A stretch of DNA of 64,000 nt. Origin: Squalus acanthias (lineage: Eukaryota). The notes beneath the pieces are model-generated. The model searched no databases and was not told where the DNA came from. It was given only the letters and a program-made list of their open reading frames with translations. Below are positions 53,611-64,000 of the stretch, one piece after another. The position numbers were made by a program, and so were the translations under genes. Numbering within the stretch: the stretch's first letter is position 1; every line of letters begins with the position of its first letter. The stretch spans positions 114,886,001 to 114,950,000 of the forward strand of contig CM059426.1 in the NCBI GenBank assembly GCA_030390025.1, written 5' to 3'.

Positions 53611-53781
53611 TTTGTCTGTCAATTTTTTTCTCCAGTTTACTTCCCTTAGCTCCATCCACATTCCTTCAAAGTTCACTTTTCTCCAATCTATTACTTTAGT
53701 CTTTGTACTATCTTTATCTCTCAATCATTATCTTTAGACTTATTATATTGTGCTCGCTGCTCCCTAGATGTTCTCTAACTC

Positions 53782-54347
53782 ATAGAACATAAGAACATAA
53801 GAAACAGGAGCAAGAGTAGACCAATCGGCCCCTCGAGTCTGCTCCGCCATTCAATAAGATCATGGCTGATCCAATCTTGGCCTCAACACCACTTTTCCGC
53901 TCTCTCCCCATACCCCTTGACTCCCTTGTAGTTCAAATGTCTGTCAATCTCCACTTTGAATATATTCAATGACTCCACCTCCACAGCTCTCTGGGGTAGA
54001 GAATTCCAAAGATTCACGACCCTCTGAGAGAAGAAATTCCTCCTCATCTCCATCTTAAATGGGCGACCCCTTATTCTGAAACTATGCCCCCTAGTTCTAG
54101 ATTCCCCCACGAGGGGAAACATCCTCTCAGCATCCACCCTGTCAATCCCCCTCAGAATCTTATATGTTTCAATAAGATCACCTCTCATTCTTCTAAACTC
54201 CAATGAATATAGGCCCAACCTGCTCAACCTTTTGTCATACGTCAACCCCTTCATCCCAGGAATCAACCTAGTGAACCTTCTCTGCACTGCCTCCAATGCA
54301 AGTATATCCTTCCTTAAATATGGAGACCAAAACTGTACGCAGTACTA
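53782..54347 (-). mobile_element. CR1/HER1-like LINE 3' fragment
   Basis: EAVQRRFTRLIPG..LEFRRMRGDLIE; tail repeat. Confidence 0.9.
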
Positions 54348-54772
54348 TTTACTGCTGTTATCTGCTCTCGTTCATTTCCCATTACTAAGTCTAGTAGTAC
54401 TTCGCTCTTGTTGGGCTTATTATATATTAGGTCAGAAAGGAGTCTTGTACACACTGTAAAAACTCCATCTGTTTCTCCCCTTTCACTCGCTCAACTATCA
54501 ATTTTTTTGCAGGTAGTTCAAATCCCCCATGATTATGATTCTATGTTATTTACTCATTTCATATATTTGCCTACATACTTCTCCTTTCATTGCCTTTCCA
54601 CTATTTGGTGATCTGTAGTATACCCGTAATAGTGTGACTGAGCCCTTCCTAACCTTTGTCTCAATCATTTGGATTGGGTTTCTATCTCTGTTAGTTATGT
54701 CCTTTCTTACTATTGCCTTTATAATATTTCTGATAAACACAGCTACCCTACCACCACATCCTCCATCCCTAT

Positions 54773-55885
54773 CATATGAACATACAAATTAGGAGCAGGA
54801 GTAGGCCACTCGGCCCCTCGAGTCTGCTCTGCCATTCAATAAGATTATGGCTGATCTGATTACTCCACATTCGCGCCTACCCCCAATAACCTTTCACCCC
54901 CTTGCTTATCAAGAATCTATCTACCTCTGCCTTAAAAATATTCAAAGACTCTGCTTCTACCGCCCTCTGAGGAAGCGAGTTCCAAAGACTCACGACCCTC
55001 TGAGAAAAAATTTCTCCTCATCTCTGTCTTAAATGGGCGACCCCTTATTTTTAAACAGTGACCCCTAGTTCTAGATTCTCCTACAAGAAAAAACATCCTC
55101 TCCACATCCACCCTGTCCAGACCCCTCAGGATCTTATATGTTTCAATCAAGTCACCTCTTACTCTTCTAAACTCCAGCGGATACAAGCCTAGCCTGTCCA
55201 GCCTTTCCTCATAAGACAACCCGCCCATTCCAGGTATTAGTCTAGTAAACCTTCTCTGAACTGCTTCCAACGCATTTACATCCTTCCTTAAATAAGGAGA
55301 CCAATACTGTACACAGTACTCCAGATGTGGTCTCACCAATGCCCTGTATAACTGAAGCATAACCTCCCTACTTTTGTATTCAATTCCCCTCGCAATAAAC
55401 GATAACATTCTATTAGCTTTCCTAATTACTTGCTGTAGCTGCATACTATCTTTTGCGATTCATGCACTAGGACACCCAGATCCCTCTGCATCTCAGAGCT
55501 CTGCAATCTCTCACCATTTAGATAATATGCTTCTTTTTTATTCTTCCTGCCAAAATGGACAATTTCACATTTTCGCACATTATACTCCATTTGCCAGATC
55601 TTTGCCCACCCACTTAACTTATCTATATCCCTTTGTAGCCTTCTTATGTCCTCTTCACAATTTACTTTCCTACCTATCTTTGTGTCATCAGCAAATTTAG
55701 CAACCATACCTTCGGTCCCTTCATCCAAGTCATTTATATAAATTGTAAAATGTTGAGGCCCCAGCACTGATCCCTGTGGCACACCACTCGTTACATCTTG
55801 CCAATCAGAAAATACCCCATTTATGCCTACTCTCTGTTTCCTGTTAGCTAGCCAATCTTCTATCCACGCCAATATGTTACCCCCT
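54773..55885 (-). mobile_element. CR1/HER1-like LINE 3' 1.1 kb
   Basis: GVPQGSVLGP, KFADDTK, LVRPHLEYC. Confidence 0.92.
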
Positions 55886-56133
55886 ATCCATTTCTAAATA
55901 CATTATAGGCTGCAATATTTAACTGCCTGTATTAAAATAGGGCAAGCAGGCATTTGATCCAATCCACTCATACCAAACCAGCACCAAGTGGAAAATATAC
56001 CAAAGCGATTCCTTACTTAACTATTAAATTCAAATTGCTTAGACTGGGGATAACTAAATAATATCATGTTGTTTTGTTCGGTTGAAAAATATATTTCTGT
56101 TTACAAGTATTAGAGACAACAGATTTTCTTTAC

Positions 56134-56226
56134 CTATCAGGTCCATCAATATTGTCCATGACCCAAATCTGTATTTCAGAGATACAGCTTTTTCTCAAAT
56201 TCGGAAGCTCATGTTTAGCAAAAAAC
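56134..56226 (-). CDS. BST1: Gene B exon 6 (catalytic Glu)
   Basis: cctccctgcag|G...AG|gtaaag; 93 nt; FFAKHELPNLRKSCISEIQIWVMDNIDGPD, resembling BST1 FFADYEIPNL. Confidence 0.93.
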
Positions 56227-56547
56227 CTGCAGGGAGGAAAACATAAAAAAAATATATAGTTTTCAGTATAGTTTGTATATTTTGATCTATTTTGTTTAAA
56301 CTGGTGCCTGGTGCTATCTACATCAGCACCACACTGATGAGGCTGTCACCCAGTCCAGCAAGCTGGTCTTGTGTAACTCCATATTCAACATTGGGACTCA
56401 AAACATTGTATCTCGAGTGGGAGGGAGTGGGGGTGGGGGGAGGGGGGGTGTTGCTTCAGTTTGCTCAACTTCCAAATGTAATACTTGTTTTATCAAAGAA
56501 AGCCACATTTTACTGGTTGCGACCACTGTATGAATGCTACTGTAGGA

Positions 56548-57045
56548 ATAAAAATGAGAAGTCGCACAACACCAGGTTATAGTCCAACAGATTTATTTAA
56601 TTTTACAAGCTTTCGAAGCAGTTCGCTCCTTCGTCAGGTAAGTTAGCAATGAGAGAATCTCCCAGAATTCACAATTTAAACCCAGACAAAATCTATTCAC
56701 ATTATTCCCTACAACAAAGAGCACAGCCAAGACAATGAGATGTGTCCCAGGGGGTCCAATGTGTCAAACCACCTGCTGGCTGCATATCCTGTCAATTTGT
56801 GTTCTTGTGTTAGTCTTTTTAAAAAAAAAAACACCTGGGAAGACCGGCGATGATGTCAAGTCACGTTCTGTATCGTGACATGAACCCGATATCGCGATTG
56901 AGGCCATCCTCATGAGTGCGGAACTTGGCTATCAGTTTCTGCTCTATGATTTTGCGCTGTCGTGTATCTCGAAGGCCGCCTTGGAGAACGCTTACCCGCA
57001 GATCCGAGGCTGAATGCCCCTGGCTGCTGAAGTGTTCCCCGTAGG
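56548..57045 (-). mobile_element. Penelope-like element 3' fragment (GIY-YIG C-terminus plus terminal repeat)
   Basis: GEHFSSQGHSASDLRVSVLQGGLRDTRQRKIIEQKLIAKFRTHEDGLNRD; the terminal part is homologous to 22480-22570. Confidence 0.85.
56603..56641 (-). ncRNA. Minimal type I hammerhead ribozyme motif, sense to gene B intron 5
   Basis: UUAC CUGACGA A GGAGC-GAACU-GCUUC GAA AGCU U GUAA. Confidence 0.7.
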
Positions 57046-58953
57046 AATAGAAAGACTAGCTGGTGCTGTGAAAGTGTAATCAACATTTTGCAGCAATTTG
57101 GAAACTTTCTACAGGTTTGCGTACCCTTTGATCTGAGGGAAGCCAGGCGCAAGGACTACCACCAACCTCTTCACTCTCCAAGTGGGTGACCATCCAGCAT
57201 ACCTGGGGGAAATGAGGTGGAACAGTGAAAGATTGTTTCCACTGGTGGGCGAATGGGGAACAAGGGGATTGAGACCAAAGATTCTCACTGGAAGAACCAA
57301 GGGGAAAGGGAGGAGGAAGGTTCTTTAACTGTGGGCTATTAGACCATGTGATCCTTCACCACAAATGAATGGGTTAATATTTGAAAAGGTGGAATATAAA
57401 AGGAACTGGGGGAATGGAGTTACAGGAGAGAGCGCCAGCACCAGGACTGGCACAGGGGTCGAATGGCCTCCTCCTGTGCTGTAATTTCATTCTATTAAAA
57501 TTCTCCTCATTGAGTCAGAGCCGAGAGTGGTTTAGAAATGTTGGTGCTGAGCTGAATTTAGGAGACTGTCCACTGTGAGAAGTGCCCCAAACACCGAGCA
57601 TGTTGCCCTTTGTGCAGTCTCTTGCTTTGGTTCAGGTCAGTGCCACCCGGTTTTGACGTGTGAAGTCCAAGTACAGATCGGCTTTGACTGAGGTTCCCAG
57701 TTCAGATTTGTCACCTTCACACAAAACCTAATCCAAACCAACAGTTCAAGAAGATAGGGAGAGAGATGTAGCCTGTTAAAAGCAGCATTGACTGGGGAGC
57801 CTGACCGTACTTTGTGCAGTGCAGCGGGATTCTGGTTGTAGTTTCAGGGTGAATATCGGTGGGTTATAGGATTACTACTGGTTACAGATAGGATATCAGG
57901 ATGTTAAACCTATTAATACCAGATACATATAGATTATCAGTGAGTTATTGTATTACTGTTGGTTATGAGGGGTATCTGAGTGTTACCAGTATCACTATTC
58001 AATTATCAGTACAATTTCAGTGCGTTACTATGGAATCAGTTACTGGTGGAATTAAAGTTCCTCCCATCTCTGGTTGCCCCTCTGTAAATCACTTCCCCTC
58101 CTTTGGTTTCCCCCCTTCCCTGCCCTTGGTTTCCCTTCTTCGCCTGCTCATGGGTGGCCGCTTGGTTCTTGGAATTTCTCACAACAGCTGCTGGCGTGAA
58201 ACCACAACCAAAGATACTCAAGTACAGGGGACCCAACCTTTAGAAGCTAAATACAATACATTTGTAGATGTCACATGGTCAGAACATCATGTGGTCAGAA
58301 CATCACTTGATCAAACCTCCAGGAATGCTTCCAACCAGAGTAGCAACCCTAGTAGTAGACGGGGGGGTTGGGGTGACTGGGGCTTGGGGGAGGATTGGGG
58401 CTAAGGTGGGATGAAGAGAGGGGGACTGGTAAATGGGTTGGGCATGGGGAGCAGTATTTTCTGCCGAGCTGGGAGCAGCAACAATGTGATGAGTGGGAAC
58501 CCCCCCATTGGAGCAGTATTTGCCGCCCTGTGGGAGGACAACACAGGCCGATCTGGCAATGCAGTTAAAGAACCTCATTACCTGCTCCCTGGGCAGTAGG
58601 CCCCAGATTCAAACAGCACTCAATCCCTGCAGGCATACATACAATTGACCGCATCTGGTGTGATTTCTGGGTGAGCCTATGAACCCCCTGAAACACACCC
58701 AAAACCGACCTTAAGGTGTAGGAACTGTTTACGATCACCTCCATCAGAAATTATGTATAGCAATTAAGGTACTGAAACCCAAATAGACGGGTTCTGCCCT
58801 AATTTCGGGACCCTCAGGTACTGGGATGCCTGATCTCTGCCCCAGAGGAACAGAAGTTCTAACTGATGCATTTAATTTGTTCAATGGACAGTTGAAAATA
58901 AGAGAAATTTTCACAGAACATTTCTGACAGACTTATAACACCCTTTCTCTTAC

Positions 58954-59030
58954 CCATTTTTTGGAAAAGCTCCTTCAGAAACCGAGCCATTCAGCATCAC
59001 TCTCACTACTCCCATTGCCTCCTTTGCATA
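58954..59030 (-). CDS. BST1: ADP-ribosyl cyclase gene B (BST1/CD157-like), exon 5
   Basis: ttcttttcag|TAT...GG|gtaaga; 77 nt; YAKEAMGVVRVMLNGSVSEGAFPKNG, resembling BST1 VMLNGSEPTGAYPIKG. Confidence 0.92.
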
Positions 59031-60244
59031 CTGAAAAGAAATGGCAAATTTTAAAATGCATTTAGTGAAGAGTAAATGAAAACATTTTCTGAATTTTCAG
59101 AACCTGTTTTAGTAGTTATTATTCAATATTTCACCGTTTATAATTATATTAAATTAGGATGAGGTTAGTAATAAGCATCATTACAGACATATAAATTAAC
59201 ATCCCTTAATCTTTGTCATTCAACAAACTGCACAATAATGAGTTACAAGATCATTTCATGATAGAATTTTTGAAATTCCAAAAATTTTAAAATAAACACA
59301 AAAAAAGATTGGCCCATAATTTGTGATCAGCGGCGAAGCTAAGGTGCTTGCCACTGACCTTGAAGAAAGCTGCCCACAGATATCTCGCGATCTGCGGCGA
59401 GAAGTTTATTTTCTCAATGTACAATTGATTGTAACACCATGTAATGGGAATCCCCAGCAAAGAGCTGTAGTGACGTCAACAAGCTGTCTAAGCGGCCAAT
59501 CACATTGAAGAATTCTCACAGACAGCAAACCAGGAAATGAAAAGCACTGAATGATCTTCACTTTTAAAAAATGTTACAGAGAGTGAAATAAAGATTGGGA
59601 CATACACTGGGGTTAAGGTAGAAGCTGAAATATCATGAACAAACTTTAAAATTAAAAAAAAATTGTAATTTTTATCATAATGGAGAAATTTGACAATCCA
59701 CAAGTATAAAAATTATTTTTTAGGGTCACAACAGTAATTTAGCAGTCAATACGCTGTTAAAACCCCAAAATAGAGAAGTAGAATCAGTTTGGATGGAGCT
59801 AAGAAACAGCAAGGGGCAGAAAACATTGGTGGGATTTGTTTATAGGCCCCCAAACAGTAGTTCTAATGTAGGGCAGAGTATAAATCAGGAAATTAGAGGT
59901 GCATGTTTCAGGAGTGCTTTTAAAGTTCTGCACCAATAATGACTCCTCCACCAACTCGTCTCCTTGCAGCTGGACTGTTTCTGACACGACGAGAAACAGG
60001 AGCCAGAGGCACGAAAATGGGAAACCTCTAGCAAAATAGGATTATCAAGGCAGTTAACAGGCTCTTAACTGCCTTAACTACCTGTCCCACCGGTTGGAAT
60101 CGGGTCAGTTTGGGAGCAGCTGAACAGACACGAAAATCGCGTGGGGACGGGATGGAGGCGGGTTGGGTGTCTGAAGCTATTTTTTCAGATTTTACCAACT
60201 GACTCGCCTCCAAACCCGCCTCCTCAGGGCTAATAAAATCGAGC

Positions 60245-61756
60245 CCTTTGTGTCTGTCTTCACGGAAGAAGATGCAAAAAACTTCCCGGAAATAGTGGAG
60301 AACCAAGGGTCTAGCAAGAATGAGGAACTGAAAGAAATTAGTATTAGCAAAAAAGTAGTACTGGAGAAATTAATGGGACTGAAAACCAATAAATCCCCTG
60401 GACCTGATGGCCTACATCCTAGGGTTTTGAAAGAGTTGGCTATAGAGATAATGGATGCACTGGTTGTCATTTTCCAAAATTCCATAGATTCTAGAATGGT
60501 TCCCGCGGATTGGAAGGTAGAAAATGTAACCCCACTATTTAAGAAAGGAGGGAGAGAGAAAACAGGGAACTACAGACCAGTTAACCTGACATCAGTAGTA
60601 GGGAAAATGCTAGAATCTATTATTAAGGACGTGGTAACAGGGCACTTAGAAAATAATAATAGGATTGGGCAGAGTCAACATGGATTTATGAAAGGGAAAT
60701 CGTGTTTGACAAATCGAGTCATTTTCGGGTTGGCAGGTTGTAACCAGTAGGGTACCACAAGGATCAGTGCTTGGGCCTCAGCTATTCACAATCTACATCA
60801 ATGATTTGGATGAGGGGACCAAATGTAATATATCCAAGTTTGCTGATGATACAAAGCTGGGTGGGAATGTAAGTTGTGAGGAGGATGCAAGGGGGCTTCA
60901 AGGTGATATAGACAGGCTGAGTGAGTGGGCAAGAACATGGCAAATGGAATTTAATGTGGAGAAATGTGAAGTTATCCACTTTGGTGGAAAAATAGAAAAG
61001 CAGAGTATTTTTTAAATGGAGAGAGATTTTGGGAAATGTTGGTGTTCAGAGGGACCTGGATGTCCTTGTACACGAATCACTGAAAGTTACCATGCAGGTA
61101 CAGCAAGCAATTAGGAAAGCAAATGGTATGTTGGCCTTTATTACAAGAGATTTGAGTATAAGAGTAAAGACGTCTTACTGAAATTATATAGGGTCCTGGT
61201 GAGACCACACCTGGAGTATTGTGTACAGTTTTTGTCTCCTTATCTAAGGAAGGATATACTTGCCATAGAGGAAGGTTCACCAGACTGGTTCCTGGGATGG
61301 GGGGATTGTCCTATAAGGAGAGATTGAGTAGACTAGGCCTATATTCTCTAGAGTTTAGAAGAATGAGAGGTGATCTCATTGAAACACACAAAATTCTTAC
61401 TGGGCTTGACAGGGTAGATGCAGGGAGTATGTTTCCCCTGGCTGGAGAGTCTAGAACCAGGGGTCACAGTCTCAGAATAAGGGGTCAGCCATTTCGGACT
61501 GAGATGAGGAGAAATGTCTTCACTCAGAGGGTGGTGAATCTTTGGAATTCTCTACCCCAGAGGGCTGTAGAGGCTCCGTCGTTGAGTATATTCAAGACAG
61601 AGATCGATAGATTTTTGAATATTAAGGGAATCAAGGGATATGGGGTAGTTCAGGAAAGTGGAGATGATGTAGAAGATCAGCCATGATCTTATTGAATGGC
61701 GGAGCAGGCTCGAAGGTCCAAATGGCCTACTCCTGCTCCTATTTCTTATGTTCTTA
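60245..61756 (+). mobile_element. CR1/HER1-like LINE, internally deleted
   Basis: KSPGPDGLHPRVLKEL..NYRPVNLTS..QHGFMKGKSCLTN jumps to GVPQGS; KFADDTK; tail present. Confidence 0.92.
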
Positions 61757-61779
61757 TTACACCTATTCCAACAAGGCTT

Positions 61780-62332
61780 AACAGAAAATGCTGGAAACAC
61801 TCAGCAGGTCAGGCAGCATCGTGGAGAGAGAAACAGAGTTAATGTTTCAGGTCAATGACCCTTCCTCAGAACTGGAAAAAGTTTGTAGATGTAACAGATT
61901 TTTAAGCAAGTGTAGGGGCAGGGCAAGGGAGGAGCGGAGGAAAGAACAAAAGGAAGGTCTGTGATAGGGTGGAAGGCAGGAGAGATTAAAAGACAAAAGG
62001 GATGATGGTGCAAGGCAAAAGGAGATGGTAATGGGACAAGTTACAAACAAAAGATGACTCTAGATGAGGTGTAAATGGCAATGGCAGAATCATCAACAGC
62101 TGCCATGTGAGAGAAAAAAAATTTAAAAAAATATAGTGGCCGAGGTTATGATCTGAAATTGTTGAACTCGATGTTGAGTCCAGAAGGTTGTAAAGTGTCT
62201 AATCAAAAGATGAGGTGCTGTTCCTCGAGCTTACGTTGAGCTTCGTTGGAACAGTGTAAGAGGCCGATGACCGAGAGATCAGAGTGGGAGTGGAGCGGAG
62301 AATTAAAGTGACAAGCGACTGGAAGCTCGGGG
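61780..62332 (-). mobile_element. Penelope-like element 3' fragment with degenerate hammerhead (61837-61873)
   Basis: VACHFNSPLHSHSDLSVIGLLHCSNEAQRKLEEQHLIF*LDTLQPSGLNIEF. Confidence 0.85.
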
Positions 62333-63599
62333 TTATCATCAGTTCCACTGATTATATCAATTGCTGGCTATGGCAGGGGGGTGGGGGAGAGAGAGAGCGG
62401 GACGGGTGTTGAGTTCCACAGCGCAGCATGTGTCAGAGCAGTGAATAACTGACCACAGCTTCAGGATTTCTGAGTTTAGATGCGCATGCGCTAAGTCTGA
62501 AGTTGTGGTCAGTTTCAGAGGGGTAATGACGGCGAATGCTAGTAGTTCGCGCTCATTACCCACCACAAATTCTGGGCCAATGTTTATCCTCGATTTATAA
62601 TGACAATGGGGTAAAATTGGTCCTGGGCGGGGCGCAGAGCAGGCAGAATCGCTTTTGATGCCTGCTATACGATACGCCCACTATTCAGTTCTATTGAGGT
62701 CATTGGAAGTTAAAATCGGGAGGGGTGTATTAACAGGCGACCAAAGCGATTCTGCCTGTTTTGCATTCCCGCCTAGGTGCAATTTCACCCCGAATGACTC
62801 CTCAATAATAATTTTTATATCTTTTTAAATTTCAGTGTCACACAACTTCAATTCATTTGTTTCCATCTTTCCCTCCCTATCCTCTCCACTATGAGAACAA
62901 GTTAGTTAATTCTTTGGAATAATTTGCCATGCAAGATTGTAAAGGGAAAACGATTTAGGGGTTGTCAAAATAATACTGGATGCTATAATGAAAGAGTCAC
63001 GGTACCAAAGAGATATCTTCAATGTACCAAATGATCTTTTCTCATCCATTACTTTTCTTATGTTATTTAATACTATTGAAAACCATTGACCTTTGACACT
63101 GAACCAATCACATCACAGTTTGGACTGCCTGCCAGTTGAGAAGACCCACCTCATGATATGCCTAAAAAAAACTGACAGAATAAGAAATCTACTGATACAA
63201 ATCTTAATTTTTGTTAAAATGATGAAGGGCAAGTAACAATTTTAAGTATAAAATTACTATAATTCAAAACCAGCAGAATCACTAAAACAAAGCAATAGCC
63301 TGGAAGCTATTAGGTAACACTTTTAATTTGACTTTTAAAATGTGGTGCTTAGCTAAATGCAACATCAGCACAGAAACAATCTTATTCAGCCCTCACCTGA
63401 AACTTCACTACTTGACCCCCAATTCCACCTCCTTTCCTGGCTGCTCCCTTTTGCTGAACTCAACATTGCACAATCTTGATCCAGAACTAAAGTCGCCTAT
63501 CTGGTCTGTTGCCAAGATTGTAAATTTCCACCTTTTGTTTTCATTCACGGGACGTGGGAGTCGCTATTTTGCCCATCCCTAATTGCTCCTGAGAACCAC

Positions 63600-64000
63600 T
63601 GAATCATAAAATCATAGCAATTTAAGAACATAAGAAATAGGAGCAGGAGTAGGCCAATTGGCCCCTCGAGCCTGCTCCGCCATTCAATAAGATCATGGCT
63701 GATCTGATCCTAACCGCCAATCTACTATCACAGAACCATCTCCTGAACCTAACAGAATTGGACACACGAAATAGGAGCAGGATCAGGCTACACGGCCCCT
63801 GGGCCCGCTACACTACCCACAGGGCCATGACCGATCCGAACCTAGACTCATGTCCAAATTCCTGCCCGCTCCCCGTAACCCTTAATTCCCTTTACTTCGA
63901 GGAAACTGTCTATTTCTGTTTTAAATTTATGTAATGATGTAGCTTCTACAGCTTTTTGGGGCAGCATATTCCATGGACCTACCACCCTCTGAGTGAAGTA
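63600..64000 (-). mobile_element. CR1 LINE 3' ends
   Basis: gaacataagaaataggagcaggagtaggcc tail sequences. Confidence 0.75.

Noticed and set aside
59031-64000. Gene B exon 4
   Set aside because: I searched for a C-P-x4-C..FWK exon with splice sites and found none. It is probably outside the window.

Overview
Eukaryotic, repeat-rich genomic DNA, most likely from a cartilaginous fish (inferred from HE1/V-SINE, DeuSINE and HER1/CR1-type repeats). The host content is a head-to-tail pair of minus-strand ADP-ribosyl cyclase (CD38/BST1 family) genes, assembled by hand from GT-AG splice sites. The downstream gene is complete: 8 exons, 25071->9078, 891 nt, 296 aa, CD38-like by position and exon count. 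The upstream BST1-like paralog shows only exons 5-8 (59030->38676); its earlier exons were not found and presumably lie beyond the window. Neither gene has a detectable GPI-anchor tail. Most of the remaining sequence is decayed CR1 and L2 LINEs, SINEs, PIF/Harbinger elements and MITEs, Penelope fragments carrying minimal hammerhead ribozyme motifs, and an ERV-like pol/env relic. The most notable oddities are the possibly secreted cyclase, a templated inverted insertion in its 3' UTR, intronic hammerheads, and an unidentified coding-like relic in intron 3. Exon boundaries are base-exact; repeat boundaries are approximate. Family names come from recall, not database searches.
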